A DNA stretch of 53,723 nucleotides from Christensenellaceae bacterium. GTDB taxonomy: Bacteria; Bacillota; Clostridia; Christensenellales; Borkfalkiaceae. Both the position numbers and the translations under genes were made by a program. Below, in pieces: positions 26,210-35,542 of this stretch (positions within the stretch are counted from its first letter, which is position 1; each line of letters opens with the position of its first letter). Location: NCBI GenBank assembly GCA_045646745.1, contig JAZRLL010000121.1:1-53723 (forward strand), read 5' to 3'. The notes beneath the pieces are model-generated. The model was not told the DNA's origin. It saw only the letters and a list, made by a program, of their open reading frames with translations, and did not search any database.

Positions 26210-27011
26210 ATCGTTGTAATTCAAAATCTGATTTTGGGTGTTTACACAATGGACAAGTCCAATCGTTTGGAAGTTCTTCAAACGGGATTTTTTCAACGTT
26301 ATCGTCGTAAACGTAGCCACAAATTGAGCATACCCAAACCTTTTTAAGTGAAGGCGCAGTAGGTTTAACTTCGCCTTTTGATTTTTCAAATTCGCTTGCG
26401 CCACAAAGCGGACAAGTGAAGTTTTTTGGTAAATCTATAAAATGAGTTTTTTCCTTACTATCGTCGTAAACGTAGCCACAAAGTAAACAGGTGTGAACTT
26501 CGCCGTTTTCAATCTTTTTTGCTTGTGGTTTAGGTTTTACGTTAGCAAAATAATAACTATACGTTGCAGATGGAACGTTGGATAAAACTTCGGCTTCAAC
26601 TACTTTTCCAATTATTAAAACGTGAGTTCCAAGGTCAATATGATTTACAACTTCTGCACTAATAAATGCGTTTGCTACGTTAGAATTTAAATATTTAAGT
26701 CCGTTTGAAGAAATTTTACACTCAAAATTATCAAACTTATCAACCGTTTTTCCGCTTTGGAAACCAAATCTTTGATAAACGTCAAATTTAGCGTTTTCAG
26801 AAAGTATTGAAAGGTTGAATTTTTTAGAATTTAATATAAGATTAGTAGTGTAGTTTTGTTTGTTAACTGCAACAGATATTTGATAAGGCTCGCTCGTTAC
26901 TTGTATTGCCGTGTTTATGATACAGCCGTTGTGTTTATTATTATCAAAAGCGGTTAAAACGAATAAGCCGTAAGCAAAATTTCTAGTTGTTAATGTATTA
27001 ATATTGTTCAT
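26208..27011 (-). CDS. Flavin reductase-like domain fused to two tandem rubredoxin domains (Hrb-like)
   Basis: The N-terminal flavin-reductase (FMN-binding split barrel) pattern is followed by [10 protein letters not shown]...CPLCG and [10 protein letters not shown]...CPLCK rubredoxin motifs. Confidence 0.8.
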   Translation of the reverse strand: MNNINTLTTRNFAYGLFVLTAFDNNKHNGCIINTAIQVTSEPYQISVAVNKQNYTTNLILNSKKFNLSILSENAKFDVYQRFGFQSGKTVDKFDNFECKISSNGLKYLNSNVANAFISAEVVNHIDLGTHVLIIGKVVEAEVLSNVPSATYSYYFANVKPKPQAKKIENGEVHTCLLCGYVYDDSKEKTHFIDLPKNFTCPLCGASEFEKSKGEVKPTAPSLKKVWVCSICGYVYDDNVEKIPFEELPNDWTCPLCKHPKSDFELQR

Positions 27012-27204
27012 AAAAATATTCCTTTTTTTAAAATTATATCATAAAAAACCCATTTTACAATAATTTTAATTGAAGTTTTTTAATTATTTTTGTTTCAAAT
27101 TACTAAAACGGAAGCATAAAAGTTGAAAAATGTCAAAAATAGACTTGATTATTTATTTAAAATATATTATTATATAATAACTAAAAATTAATAAAAGGTG
27201 TAAA

Positions 27205-29556
27205 ATGGAATTAGAAAAAAAAGAAGTTGCAACGGAAGAAGTTTCAGTTGAAAACCAAATAAATAATTTTGGTATGCCAACAATAACGCTTCGTGGGAAG
27301 ACTATGTTTCCAAACATCTGCACTACGGTAGACGTGGGCAGAATAAAGTCTTTAAACGCCGTAAACGTTGCGCTTAATACCGATAAAAAAATATTCGTTC
27401 TTTCTCAAAAAGAACCTTCAATGTTAAATCCAACTTCAAGTGATTTATACGAAGTTGGAACGGTTTGTCGTGTTGGAAATTTAGCAAAAATTTCAGGCGA
27501 AAATTACCGCCTAACTATTGACGGGCTTTATAGGGCTATAAGAGTTTCGGAAGATACTTCTCGTGATTATTTTTGCTTTAACGTTCAAAGGTTAGAAAAT
27601 GAAGAAATTGACGAGTTAAACGTTCAAGCACTTAATAGGGTGGCAAAAGCCGAACTTGAAAAAATGATTGAAGTCTTGCCAAAAATTGCAAAAGAAGGAC
27701 TTTTACAAACTTTAAAAATTGAAGATGAAGAAGTGTTTTTAAACGTTGCGTCTTATAACTTCCCAATAAAAGAAAAGGAAAAGCAAAAATTGCTTGAAGG
27801 AAATAATTTAATTAAAAGATACGAAACTTTTATTGAAATTTTATCAAAGCAAGAACAAATTATAGAAATTGAAAGAAAAATTGCCGAAAGGGTTAAAAGT
27901 AGCGTAGACAAAAATCAAAAGGAATTTTACCTTCGTGAGCAATTAAAGGCTATTCACGAAGAACTTGGCGACGACGTTAGCGAGATTGAAAAATTAAAGG
28001 AAAAAATTCTTAATAAGGGGCTAAATAAAGAGTCCGAAGAAAAGGTTTTACAAGAACTTCAAAGAATGTCTAAAATGGCGCCAGCCGCCCCTGATTACAA
28101 CGTAATTAGGTCGTATATTGATTGGGTTTTAGACGTTCCTTTTAAAGAAGAATCCGTTGATACTGAAAGTATAAAAGAAGTAAAAGAAATTTTAGAAAGC
28201 GACCATTTTGGTCTTGATAAAGTAAAAAAGAGAATTATTGAATACCTTGCAGTTTTAAAACTTACTAAAAGTTTAAAAGGTCCTATTTTATGTTTAGTTG
28301 GACCACCGGGAGTTGGAAAAACTTCGGTTGCAAAATCTATTGCAAGGGCAATTAATAGAAAACTCGTTAGAATGAGTTTGGGCGGAGTTAAAGACGAAGC
28401 GGAAATTAGGGGACACAGAAAAACGTATATAGGAGCGATGCCTGGTAGAATTATCTACGGTATGAAAGAAGCAAAAACTATAAACCCCGTATTTTTACTT
28501 GACGAGATTGATAAACTTTCACAAGATTTAAGGGGCGACCCTGCGAGCGCTTTGCTTGAAGTTTTAGACCCTGAACAAAACACTACTTTTAGAGATAGGT
28601 ATTTAGAACTTGAATACGACTTATCAAAAGTTATGTTTATAACTACTGCAAATAGCATTGATACTATTCCCGCACCACTTTTAGATAGAATGGAAGTTAT
28701 TGACATTGCGGGCTACACGCAAGAAGAAAAGGTTCAAATAGCAAAAAGGTATTTAATTCCAAAAGCGATAGAATCTAACGGCTTAACTACTGATAACGTT
28801 TGCTTTTCAGATGAAAGTATAAAAAGTATTATAAAGGGTTATACGGGCGAAGCGGGGGTTAGAAAACTTGAACAATTAATCAACGCAGTAGTAAGAAAAG
28901 TTGCAACAAAAGTTGCAGAAGATAAAGATTTAGCCCTTCAAAATATTAATGAAATTAATATAGCCGATTATTTAGGTGCCGTTAGATATATTAACGAAGG
29001 CAAAGTTGAGAAAAATCAAGTTGGCTCTGCAACGGGACTTGCTTGGACTTCAATAGGCGGTGTTGCGCTCACGATAGAAGTGGTTTTAATGAAGGGTAAA
29101 GGCAATTTACTTTTAACGGGTAAACTTGGCGACGTTATGCAAGAAAGTGCTAAAACGGCTATAAGTTATATAAGGGCAAACGCTAAAAACTACGATATTG
29201 ATAGTTCGGTTTTTGAAAACACCGATATTCATATTCACGTTCCAGAAGGGGCAACGCCAAAAGACGGACCAAGCGCGGGTATAACTATGGCTACGGCACT
29301 TTTATCCGCATTTACTAATAGAAAGGTTAGAAGAAACGTTGCTATGACGGGCGAAATAACTTTAAGGGGAAACGTTTTAGCAATAGGCGGACTTAAAGAA
29401 AAGGCTCTTGCAGGTTTTAGGCTCGGAATAAGAAAATTTATTATTCCTAAACAAAATCTTAAAGATTTAGAAGAAATACCACAAGAAATTTTAAAAGAAA
29501 TTAAATTCATTGGGGTAGATAACGTTGATAGCGTATTTAAACACGCTTTGGTGTAA
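27205..29556 (+). CDS. lon: ATP-dependent Lon protease (LonA)
   Basis: N-terminal LON domain, Walker A GPPGVGKTS, and a proteolytic domain with PKDGPSAG (catalytic Ser). Length is 783 aa. Confidence 0.95.
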   Translation: MELEKKEVATEEVSVENQINNFGMPTITLRGKTMFPNICTTVDVGRIKSLNAVNVALNTDKKIFVLSQKEPSMLNPTSSDLYEVGTVCRVGNLAKISGENYRLTIDGLYRAIRVSEDTSRDYFCFNVQRLENEEIDELNVQALNRVAKAELEKMIEVLPKIAKEGLLQTLKIEDEEVFLNVASYNFPIKEKEKQKLLEGNNLIKRYETFIEILSKQEQIIEIERKIAERVKSSVDKNQKEFYLREQLKAIHEELGDDVSEIEKLKEKILNKGLNKESEEKVLQELQRMSKMAPAAPDYNVIRSYIDWVLDVPFKEESVDTESIKEVKEILESDHFGLDKVKKRIIEYLAVLKLTKSLKGPILCLVGPPGVGKTSVAKSIARAINRKLVRMSLGGVKDEAEIRGHRKTYIGAMPGRIIYGMKEAKTINPVFLLDEIDKLSQDLRGDPASALLEVLDPEQNTTFRDRYLELEYDLSKVMFITTANSIDTIPAPLLDRMEVIDIAGYTQEEKVQIAKRYLIPKAIESNGLTTDNVCFSDESIKSIIKGYTGEAGVRKLEQLINAVVRKVATKVAEDKDLALQNINEINIADYLGAVRYINEGKVEKNQVGSATGLAWTSIGGVALTIEVVLMKGKGNLLLTGKLGDVMQESAKTAISYIRANAKNYDIDSSVFENTDIHIHVPEGATPKDGPSAGITMATALLSAFTNRKVRRNVAMTGEITLRGNVLAIGGLKEKALAGFRLGIRKFIIPKQNLKDLEEIPQEILKEIKFIGVDNVDSVFKHALV

Positions 29557-29558
29557 TT

Positions 29559-30179
29559 ATGATTATTAAAAATGCTACGTTTATAACTTCGGTTGCAAAT
29601 AAAAAGGGGTTTATAGTTCCGAATAAGCCACTTATTGCAATTTGCGGTAAATCAAACGTTGGAAAAAGTTCACTTATAAATATGCTCGCAAACAAAAGGG
29701 GACTTGCTAAAACTTCAACCACTCCTGGAAGAACAAGGCTCGTAAACTATTTTGACTTTGGCGATTTCGTTTTAGCCGATTTGCCTGGCTACGGATTTGC
29801 AAAAGTTTCGCAATCTGAAAAGTTAAAGTGGGCGGAATTGCTTGAAGACTTTTTTAAATATAGTTCACTTATAACCCACGTTTTCTCACTCGTTGATATA
29901 AGGCACACTCCAACCAAAGACGATGAGAATATGCTTAATTACCTTCATCACTACGCCTTGCCGTTTACGATTGTTGCAACCAAGGCGGACAAGATTGGTA
30001 AAACTAGAATTTTTGATAGAGTTAAAGAAATAGGAAACTATTTAGCGGTTGGAAGTCAAAGCGTTATTCCCGTTTCTGCGCAATCGGGATATAACAAAGA
30101 CAAACTTTTAGATAAAATTTCAAAAGTTCTTGAAATTTATAACGACGAGTTTTATAAAGTTCAAGAAGATGAAGAATAA
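29559..30179 (+). CDS. engB: Ribosome biogenesis GTP-binding protein YsxC/EngB
   Basis: G1 motif GKSNVGKSS, G3 motif DLPGYG and G4 motif TKADK. The lon-ysxC synteny matches B. subtilis. Confidence 0.9.
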   Translation: MIIKNATFITSVANKKGFIVPNKPLIAICGKSNVGKSSLINMLANKRGLAKTSTTPGRTRLVNYFDFGDFVLADLPGYGFAKVSQSEKLKWAELLEDFFKYSSLITHVFSLVDIRHTPTKDDENMLNYLHHYALPFTIVATKADKIGKTRIFDRVKEIGNYLAVGSQSVIPVSAQSGYNKDKLLDKISKVLEIYNDEFYKVQEDEE

Positions 30180-30187
30180 AAAATAAA

Positions 30188-30222
30188 GCGGTGTTGAAAA
30201 AAATCAACGCCGTTATTTTTTT
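30188..30222 (+). terminator. Intrinsic terminator after engB
   Basis: GCGGTGTTGA pairs with TCAACGCCGT (two G-U pairs), followed by a T-run. Confidence 0.75.
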
Positions 30223-30227
30223 GTTTA

Positions 30228-30256
30228 TTGACTTTATATAAACGATAGTATATAAT
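30228..30256 (+). promoter_or_regulatory. Sigma-A type promoter for the ABC exporter
   Basis: TTGACT (30228-30233), a 17-nt spacer, then TATAAT (30251-30256). Confidence 0.6.
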
Positions 30257-30287
30257 AATATTACATATAAAAATTTTAGGTGAAAAA

Positions 30288-31928
30288 ATGAAAAATAAAA
30301 GGGATTTATCTATTAAAAAAGCGTTAAATATTTACGGTGTTAAATACGTTTTGTTAATTTTAACGGGGGTTTTGCAAGCCTTATTTTCCGTAATGGTTGC
30401 ACTTTCAATAAAAAATTTAATAAACTACGCCGAAAAAAGTTTTTCATTTGATAAAATTTTATTTGGAATAATAATTTTAATTATTTTTGTTTTGCTTGCC
30501 TTTTTAATGGGTTTAATAAACAAGTTATTACTTTCAAATATCGCAACGCAGGGCGACGTTAATCTAAAAAAATTCGTCTTTTCTAAATTTTTTGACGGAG
30601 ACTATAAAAGTATTGACGCTTATTCGGCAGGGGATATAATTACAAGGCTTGACGGAGACGTGGTTAAAATTTCAAGCGTTTCAGTTGCATTAGTCCCAAG
30701 TTTAATTGCAAACATTTTTCACGTTTTATCGGCAATTATAGTAATGCTAGTGTTATCCCCAATTTTCACTTTGGTTTTACTCGGTTCAGGAGTATTTGTA
30801 TTTTTAGTTTCTTTTTTCGTAAGGAAATTTTCTTATAAACTTTATAAAAAGACGAGAAAGGCTATATCAAAAACTAACGCGCATATAATTGAAAGCAAGA
30901 AAAACGCTTTATACGTTAAAGCGGATAGCGGTGAAGAATATATAAAAAATAAAAACGATAAATACTTAAATAATTTTAAAAACTGCGTTTTAAAACAAAG
31001 GTATTTTAACAATACGTTGTTAGAGTTTACTTCTTTATCTTTTACTCTTTTTAATGTTTTGACTATTTTATGGTGCGTTTTAGGTGTTTTTAAAGGGGTA
31101 AATTCAATTTCTTTCGGGCTTTTAGTTGCTATGCTTCAACTCGTAATGCAAATTAAAACTCCACTTCTTAATTTAAGCAGTTATATAACCGTTTACGAAG
31201 AAATGCTTGCTTCCGAAGAAAGAATTAAGGAATTAATTAATTTAGATAAAACTAATAAAATTGACGTTAAGGATAAATCATTTGAAAGCGTTGAACTTGA
31301 AAACGTGTCCTTTTCTTATAACAACTTATCCGTTTTAAAAGACGTTTCACTCAAAATTAATAAAGGGGATAAAATACTTATAAAGGGCTTGTCTGGTGCG
31401 GGTAAAAGTACTCTTTTAAAAATTATTCTTGGAATATACTCGCCTACGGGCAAAGTTAATTGCAATTTTAAAGGCGAGAGTTATTCGGCACAAAACGTTA
31501 AAGGATTATATTCGTTAGTTCCGCAAAATAATATGCTATTTAGCGGTAGCATTTTAGAAAACTTAACCTTTAATAATATAGACGTGAGTGTTGAAGAGAT
31601 AAACGACGTTTTATCTATGGTAAGTTTAAAAGACTTCGTTCAAACTCAAACGGAAAAGTTAGATTTACAAGTTAGCGAAAATTCAACTACTATATCCGAA
31701 GGTCAGGCTCAAAGATTGGCTATTGCAAGGGCGATACTAAAAAAAGCCCCTATTATCGTATTAGACGAAGGGACTAGCAGTTTAGACGAAAAAACTGAAA
31801 ATATAATTATTGAAAATTTATCAAAAATAAAAAATTTAACCTTGATTGCCGTTTCGCATAGAGACGCAATTTCAAGGCTTTGTAACAAAGTGTATAAAAT
31901 TGAAGATGGTAGACTAATTAATGGTTAA
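30288..31928 (+). CDS. ABC exporter, fused transmembrane and ATP-binding domains (ABCB-type half transporter)
   Basis: An N-terminal 6-TM domain is followed by Walker A GLSGAGKST, signature SEGQAQR and Walker B IIVLDEGTS. Confidence 0.85.
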   Translation: MKNKRDLSIKKALNIYGVKYVLLILTGVLQALFSVMVALSIKNLINYAEKSFSFDKILFGIIILIIFVLLAFLMGLINKLLLSNIATQGDVNLKKFVFSKFFDGDYKSIDAYSAGDIITRLDGDVVKISSVSVALVPSLIANIFHVLSAIIVMLVLSPIFTLVLLGSGVFVFLVSFFVRKFSYKLYKKTRKAISKTNAHIIESKKNALYVKADSGEEYIKNKNDKYLNNFKNCVLKQRYFNNTLLEFTSLSFTLFNVLTILWCVLGVFKGVNSISFGLLVAMLQLVMQIKTPLLNLSSYITVYEEMLASEERIKELINLDKTNKIDVKDKSFESVELENVSFSYNNLSVLKDVSLKINKGDKILIKGLSGAGKSTLLKIILGIYSPTGKVNCNFKGESYSAQNVKGLYSLVPQNNMLFSGSILENLTFNNIDVSVEEINDVLSMVSLKDFVQTQTEKLDLQVSENSTTISEGQAQRLAIARAILKKAPIIVLDEGTSSLDEKTENIIIENLSKIKNLTLIAVSHRDAISRLCNKVYKIEDGRLING

Positions 31929-32020
31929 CGCTTTTTGTTAGCTGACATAAAGGCGGTAATAATAACACCTATATTTGCACCGATAAATAGACCGATTATA
32001 ATTCCAATAAAAGTTTGCAT
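31925..32020 (-). CDS. Candidate 31-aa hydrophobic peptide (MQTFIGIIIGLFIGANIGVIITAFMSANKKR)
   Basis: Not in the ORF track because it is below the length cut-off. It has ATG and TAA, one predicted TM helix and a KKR tail. The only SD-like AAGGAAG lies 16 nt upstream, which is far. Its stop overlaps the stop of the ABC exporter. Confidence 0.3.
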   Translation of the reverse strand: MQTFIGIIIGLFIGANIGVIITAFMSANKKR

Positions 32021-32089
32021 ACTTAGATTATTAACACTTCCTTACTATATTATACTCACAATTTTATTATAATGACACAAAGGGGATAA

Positions 32090-32635
32090 ATGAGAATTAT
32101 TAGCGGAAAGCATAAAGGCAGAAAACTTAATACTTTTGACGGATACGATATAAGACCGACTAGCGATATGGCAAGGGAGTCTCTTTTTAATATTTTAGGG
32201 GACAAAATTTACGATTGCAGATTTTTAGATTTGTTTGCAGGTAGCGGTGCGGTTGGAATAGAAAGTATTTCTCGTGGGGCAAGCGAAGTTGTTTTTGTGG
32301 ACAAGTCAATGGAAAGTTTAAATTTAGTTAAAAAGAATTTAACTTTAATAAAAGAAGACGCAAAAGTTTGCAAGGCAAATAGTTTAGCCTTTTTAAAGGA
32401 GCAAACAAGGCCTTTTGACATAATTTTTTGCGACCCGCCTTACGATTTTGAAGATATGAAAAGCGTTTTTGAAATAGTTTACGAGAATAAACTTTTACAA
32501 AATGACGGTATAATTATTTACGAACACGATAAAAAGAGAAAACCCCAAGAGTTTAAGGGTTTTACGATACAAAAGTCTAAAAAATATGGAATAGCCGTAT
32601 TTGATTTTTATAGTTTAGGTGATAATAATGAATAA
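32090..32635 (+). CDS. rsmD: 16S rRNA (guanine966-N2)-methyltransferase RsmD
   Basis: Starts MRIISGK.KGR.L, with SAM motif DLFAGSGAVGIE and the DPPY catalytic motif. RBS AAGGGG. Confidence 0.85.
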   Translation: MRIISGKHKGRKLNTFDGYDIRPTSDMARESLFNILGDKIYDCRFLDLFAGSGAVGIESISRGASEVVFVDKSMESLNLVKKNLTLIKEDAKVCKANSLAFLKEQTRPFDIIFCDPPYDFEDMKSVFEIVYENKLLQNDGIIIYEHDKKRKPQEFKGFTIQKSKKYGIAVFDFYSLGDNNE

Positions 32636-33104
32636 AAATATTGCAGTGTTTGCCGGAACTTTTGACCCAATTACCTTAGGGCATGAAGAAATTATTAAAA
32701 AGGCAAGCGAGTTGTTTGATAAATTAATAATAGCAATTTGTATAAATATAGAAAAATCCACCACTTTTGACGTTGATTTAAGGCTTAAAATGGTTAAAAG
32801 CGTGTGTGAAAAATATACTAATTGCAAAGTCGTTTATCACGAAGGTATGGTAGTTGACTTAATGAAGAAAGAAGGCGCAAAGTACTATATCAGGGGTGTT
32901 AGAAACGAAATAGACTTTGACTACGAAACTAAAACTCACTATTTTAATAAAACTTTATACCCTGAAATGACTACTTTTTTTATTCCTTGCGATAAAGAGT
33001 TTTTAGATATTAGTTCAACAAAAGTTAGAGATTTAATAAAATCTAAAAAAGATTTAAAAAATTATTTATCAAAAGAAGTTTTAAAAATTTTAAAAGAAAA
33101 TTAA
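32628..33104 (+). CDS. coaD: Phosphopantetheine adenylyltransferase
   Basis: Contains AVFAGTFDPITLGHEEII (T/HxGH motif) and ISST.VR. ATG 32628 is preferred over the track start 32619. It follows rsmD as in B. subtilis ylbH-ylbI. Confidence 0.9.
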   Translation: MNKNIAVFAGTFDPITLGHEEIIKKASELFDKLIIAICINIEKSTTFDVDLRLKMVKSVCEKYTNCKVVYHEGMVVDLMKKEGAKYYIRGVRNEIDFDYETKTHYFNKTLYPEMTTFFIPCDKEFLDISSTKVRDLIKSKKDLKNYLSKEVLKILKEN

Positions 33105-34076
33105 ATAAAGAATTGACGAAATTATTATAGAAGATAGCATTTGTAGTAATTTTCCAAACAAAAAAAACGAGGTTTTTACTTTTGCTTTTTTAAGATAAAC
33201 TATTGATTGAAATATAATTGAAACACCACCGAAAGACACTAATCCCGCAGATAGCGAAACGCTTAAAAGTGAAACGTTCCTTAAAGTTAAAAGTTTAATT
33301 CCTTTGGTGCATTCAACAAGTCCAATGCAAAAACTTTTTGCAAAATCAAAATTTTGCGTAAACGGAGAAAGGATAAAGTAAAACACCTTTTGCAAAGGAT
33401 AAAGAATATTAAAATCATTTAAAATATCGGCAAAAACGTAAAAAATACTAACGAATCCGCCAACTATTAAAGTGGAGATTACGCTATTATAAATACTGTC
33501 GTATAAAATATTATCAACGTTATTGTTGACGGATAATTTTTTGGAATTTTTATTAAAAGTTCCGTAATTTCTAAAAATTATTCCGTTTAAAATCGCAGAT
33601 AAAACGTGAGAAAGATATATTATAAACCCGATATACTTATTTTCAAACATGCAAACTCCCACCGCTCCGATAACGAAAAGCGGTCCGGAAGTTGAACATA
33701 AAACGCTCATTTTAGACGCTTCTACTTTGTTTATGAGTTGGTTTTGGTATAGGTCGTAAATTATCCTACTGCCAATAGGATATCCAGATAAAATGCTCAT
33801 AAAAAAGCAATAAAAGCACAATCCGTTTTGTTTAAAAAGCAAATTACAAGGCTTATTTAAAAGAGTGCAGAATTTATTTAGACTACCCATTTTGGTTAGA
33901 AGGGTGGTTAAAAAGAAAAATGGAAGGGTGGACGGTAAAACGCTAAGAGCAAATAATTTAAGACCAGATATAGAAGATTTTATGTATCTGTCCGAGTAAA
34001 TTGAAAAAGCAAGCATAAAAAACAATACGACGGCAGGTAAAATATAATTTTTTACGTTAAAAAATTTTCTAATCAT
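33090..34076 (-). CDS. ylbJ: Sporulation integral membrane protein YlbJ-like (nucleoside-recognition/Gate domains)
   Basis: A polytopic 328-aa protein with the N-terminal pattern G..LFA.SVLPSTLPFFFLT.LL. Its convergent position after coaD matches B. subtilis ylbJ. It overlaps the coaD 3' end by 15 nt. Confidence 0.7.
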   Translation of the reverse strand: MIRKFFNVKNYILPAVVLFFMLAFSIYSDRYIKSSISGLKLFALSVLPSTLPFFFLTTLLTKMGSLNKFCTLLNKPCNLLFKQNGLCFYCFFMSILSGYPIGSRIIYDLYQNQLINKVEASKMSVLCSTSGPLFVIGAVGVCMFENKYIGFIIYLSHVLSAILNGIIFRNYGTFNKNSKKLSVNNNVDNILYDSIYNSVISTLIVGGFVSIFYVFADILNDFNILYPLQKVFYFILSPFTQNFDFAKSFCIGLVECTKGIKLLTLRNVSLLSVSLSAGLVSFGGVSIIFQSIVYLKKAKVKTSFFLFGKLLQMLSSIIISSILYLIFF

Positions 34077-34106
34077 ACTAAAATATAATCATAATTAAGG
34101 AGAAAT

Positions 34107-35420
34107 ATGTATACTCTTTTTGACGAGATAAAAGCGCAAGAAAAAAAAGATAATATTCCGCTTGCCGAAAAAATGCGTCCACGAAACATTAAGGAATTTT
34201 TAGGTCAAAGCGAAATCGCTTCCGAGGGTAGTTTATTAAGAAGAGCAATTATGCTTGATAGACTTGGAAGTTGCATATTTTACGGACCACCGGGAACGGG
34301 AAAAAGTACGCTCGCAAACATAATAGCCAACTCAACTAGTGGTAATTTCGTAAAGTTAAACGCAGTTACTAGCGGTGTTGCTGACGTGAAAAAGGCTATT
34401 GAAGAAGCAAGAATAAATTTGCAAACTTATGGTAAAAAAACTTACTTATTACTTGACGAGTGTCATAGGTTTAATAAAAGTCAACAAGATAGTTTACTCC
34501 CTTCCATTGAAGATGGAACTATAATTTTTATAGGCTCAACCACCGAAAATCCTTACGTTTCAATGACTCCCGCTATAATTTCAAGGTGTAGGGTATTTGA
34601 GTTTAAAAGTTTATCTAACGAAGTTATACAAAGTGCTTTAAAGAAGGCTTTAACGGATAAAGAAAGGGGGTTAGGCTCCTTTAACGCAATAGTTTGTGAA
34701 GATGCAATTAAACATATTGCAAATCTTTCAGCAGGAGATTTAAGAACTGCATATAACGCTTTGGAAATTGCAGTTTTAACTACTCCCGTAGACGAAAGCG
34801 GAGTTATTCAAGTAAAACTTAAAGACGCCGAGCAGTCAATTCAAAAAAAGGCGCTTTCCATTGATGAAAACGCATATTATCATATGCTCAGCGCATTTTG
34901 TAAATGTTTAAGGGGAAGCGATAGCGACGGAGCTTTATATTATTCGCAAAGATTAATAAAAGCGGGTTGCGACCCAATGCTTATTGCAAGAAGATTAGTA
35001 GTTCACTCCTCCGAAGACGTGGGCATGGCAGACCCTAACGCATTAGTAATTTCAACGAGTGCTATGTACGCTTTACAAAATATAGGATTACCCGAAGGTT
35101 TAATTCCTTTGTCTAACGCAATAATTTACGTTTGTGAAGCACCTAAATCAAATTCCACTATCGTCGCTATGCAAAAGGCGGGAAAAGACGTTGAAACTAT
35201 TAAAGACGACAACGTTCCGCCACACCTTATTAATCCTTCGTATTTAAGCAATGAAGGCAAAAAAAAGAGCGCAGAATACAAATATCCGCACAATTTCGGT
35301 GGATACGTTAAGCAACAATATCTGCCTGATTCAATTAAAGATAAAGTTTATTACGTTCCGTCTAATAACGGATTTGAAAAAGAAATAACTAAAATTAGAA
35401 AAGAAAAGGGCAAAATTTAA
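34107..35420 (+). CDS. rarA: Replication-associated recombination protein A (AAA+ ATPase MgsA/RarA)
   Basis: Walker A GPPGTGKST, Walker B LLDECHRFNK, and the C-terminal MgsA domain (YY..SA..K..RGSD.D.ALY). Confidence 0.9.
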   Translation: MYTLFDEIKAQEKKDNIPLAEKMRPRNIKEFLGQSEIASEGSLLRRAIMLDRLGSCIFYGPPGTGKSTLANIIANSTSGNFVKLNAVTSGVADVKKAIEEARINLQTYGKKTYLLLDECHRFNKSQQDSLLPSIEDGTIIFIGSTTENPYVSMTPAIISRCRVFEFKSLSNEVIQSALKKALTDKERGLGSFNAIVCEDAIKHIANLSAGDLRTAYNALEIAVLTTPVDESGVIQVKLKDAEQSIQKKALSIDENAYYHMLSAFCKCLRGSDSDGALYYSQRLIKAGCDPMLIARRLVVHSSEDVGMADPNALVISTSAMYALQNIGLPEGLIPLSNAIIYVCEAPKSNSTIVAMQKAGKDVETIKDDNVPPHLINPSYLSNEGKKKSAEYKYPHNFGGYVKQQYLPDSIKDKVYYVPSNNGFEKEITKIRKEKGKI

Positions 35421-35462
35421 CTAAAACAGTGTTAAAGGTTGCTAAAATAATAAAATTGCGTA

Positions 35463-35491
35463 TTGAAATGTGTAATTATATATGTTATAAT
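35463..35491 (+). promoter_or_regulatory. Extended -10 sigma-A promoter for the polysaccharide locus
   Basis: TTGAAA (35463-35468), a 17-nt spacer, then TGtTATAAT (35483-35491). Confidence 0.6.
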
Positions 35492-35542
35492 TAATAAGTT
35501 GATACTACTCGTTTAACTAATTTTTTACAAGGTTGGAAATTT

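Noticed and set aside
26156-26404. An 82-aa minus-strand ORF overlapping the 3' end of the rubredoxin-fusion gene and the terminator.
   Set aside because: It is an alternative frame of a gene with clear rubredoxin motifs, and it includes the terminator hairpin. It is not credible as coding sequence.
27131-27147. A CtsR-operator-like sequence TGTCAAAAATAGACTTG upstream of lon. I also looked for a CIRCE element.
   Set aside because: Only the first heptad resembles (A/G)GTCAAA; the second matches about 3 of 7. No TTAGCACTC-N9-GAGTGCTAA is present.
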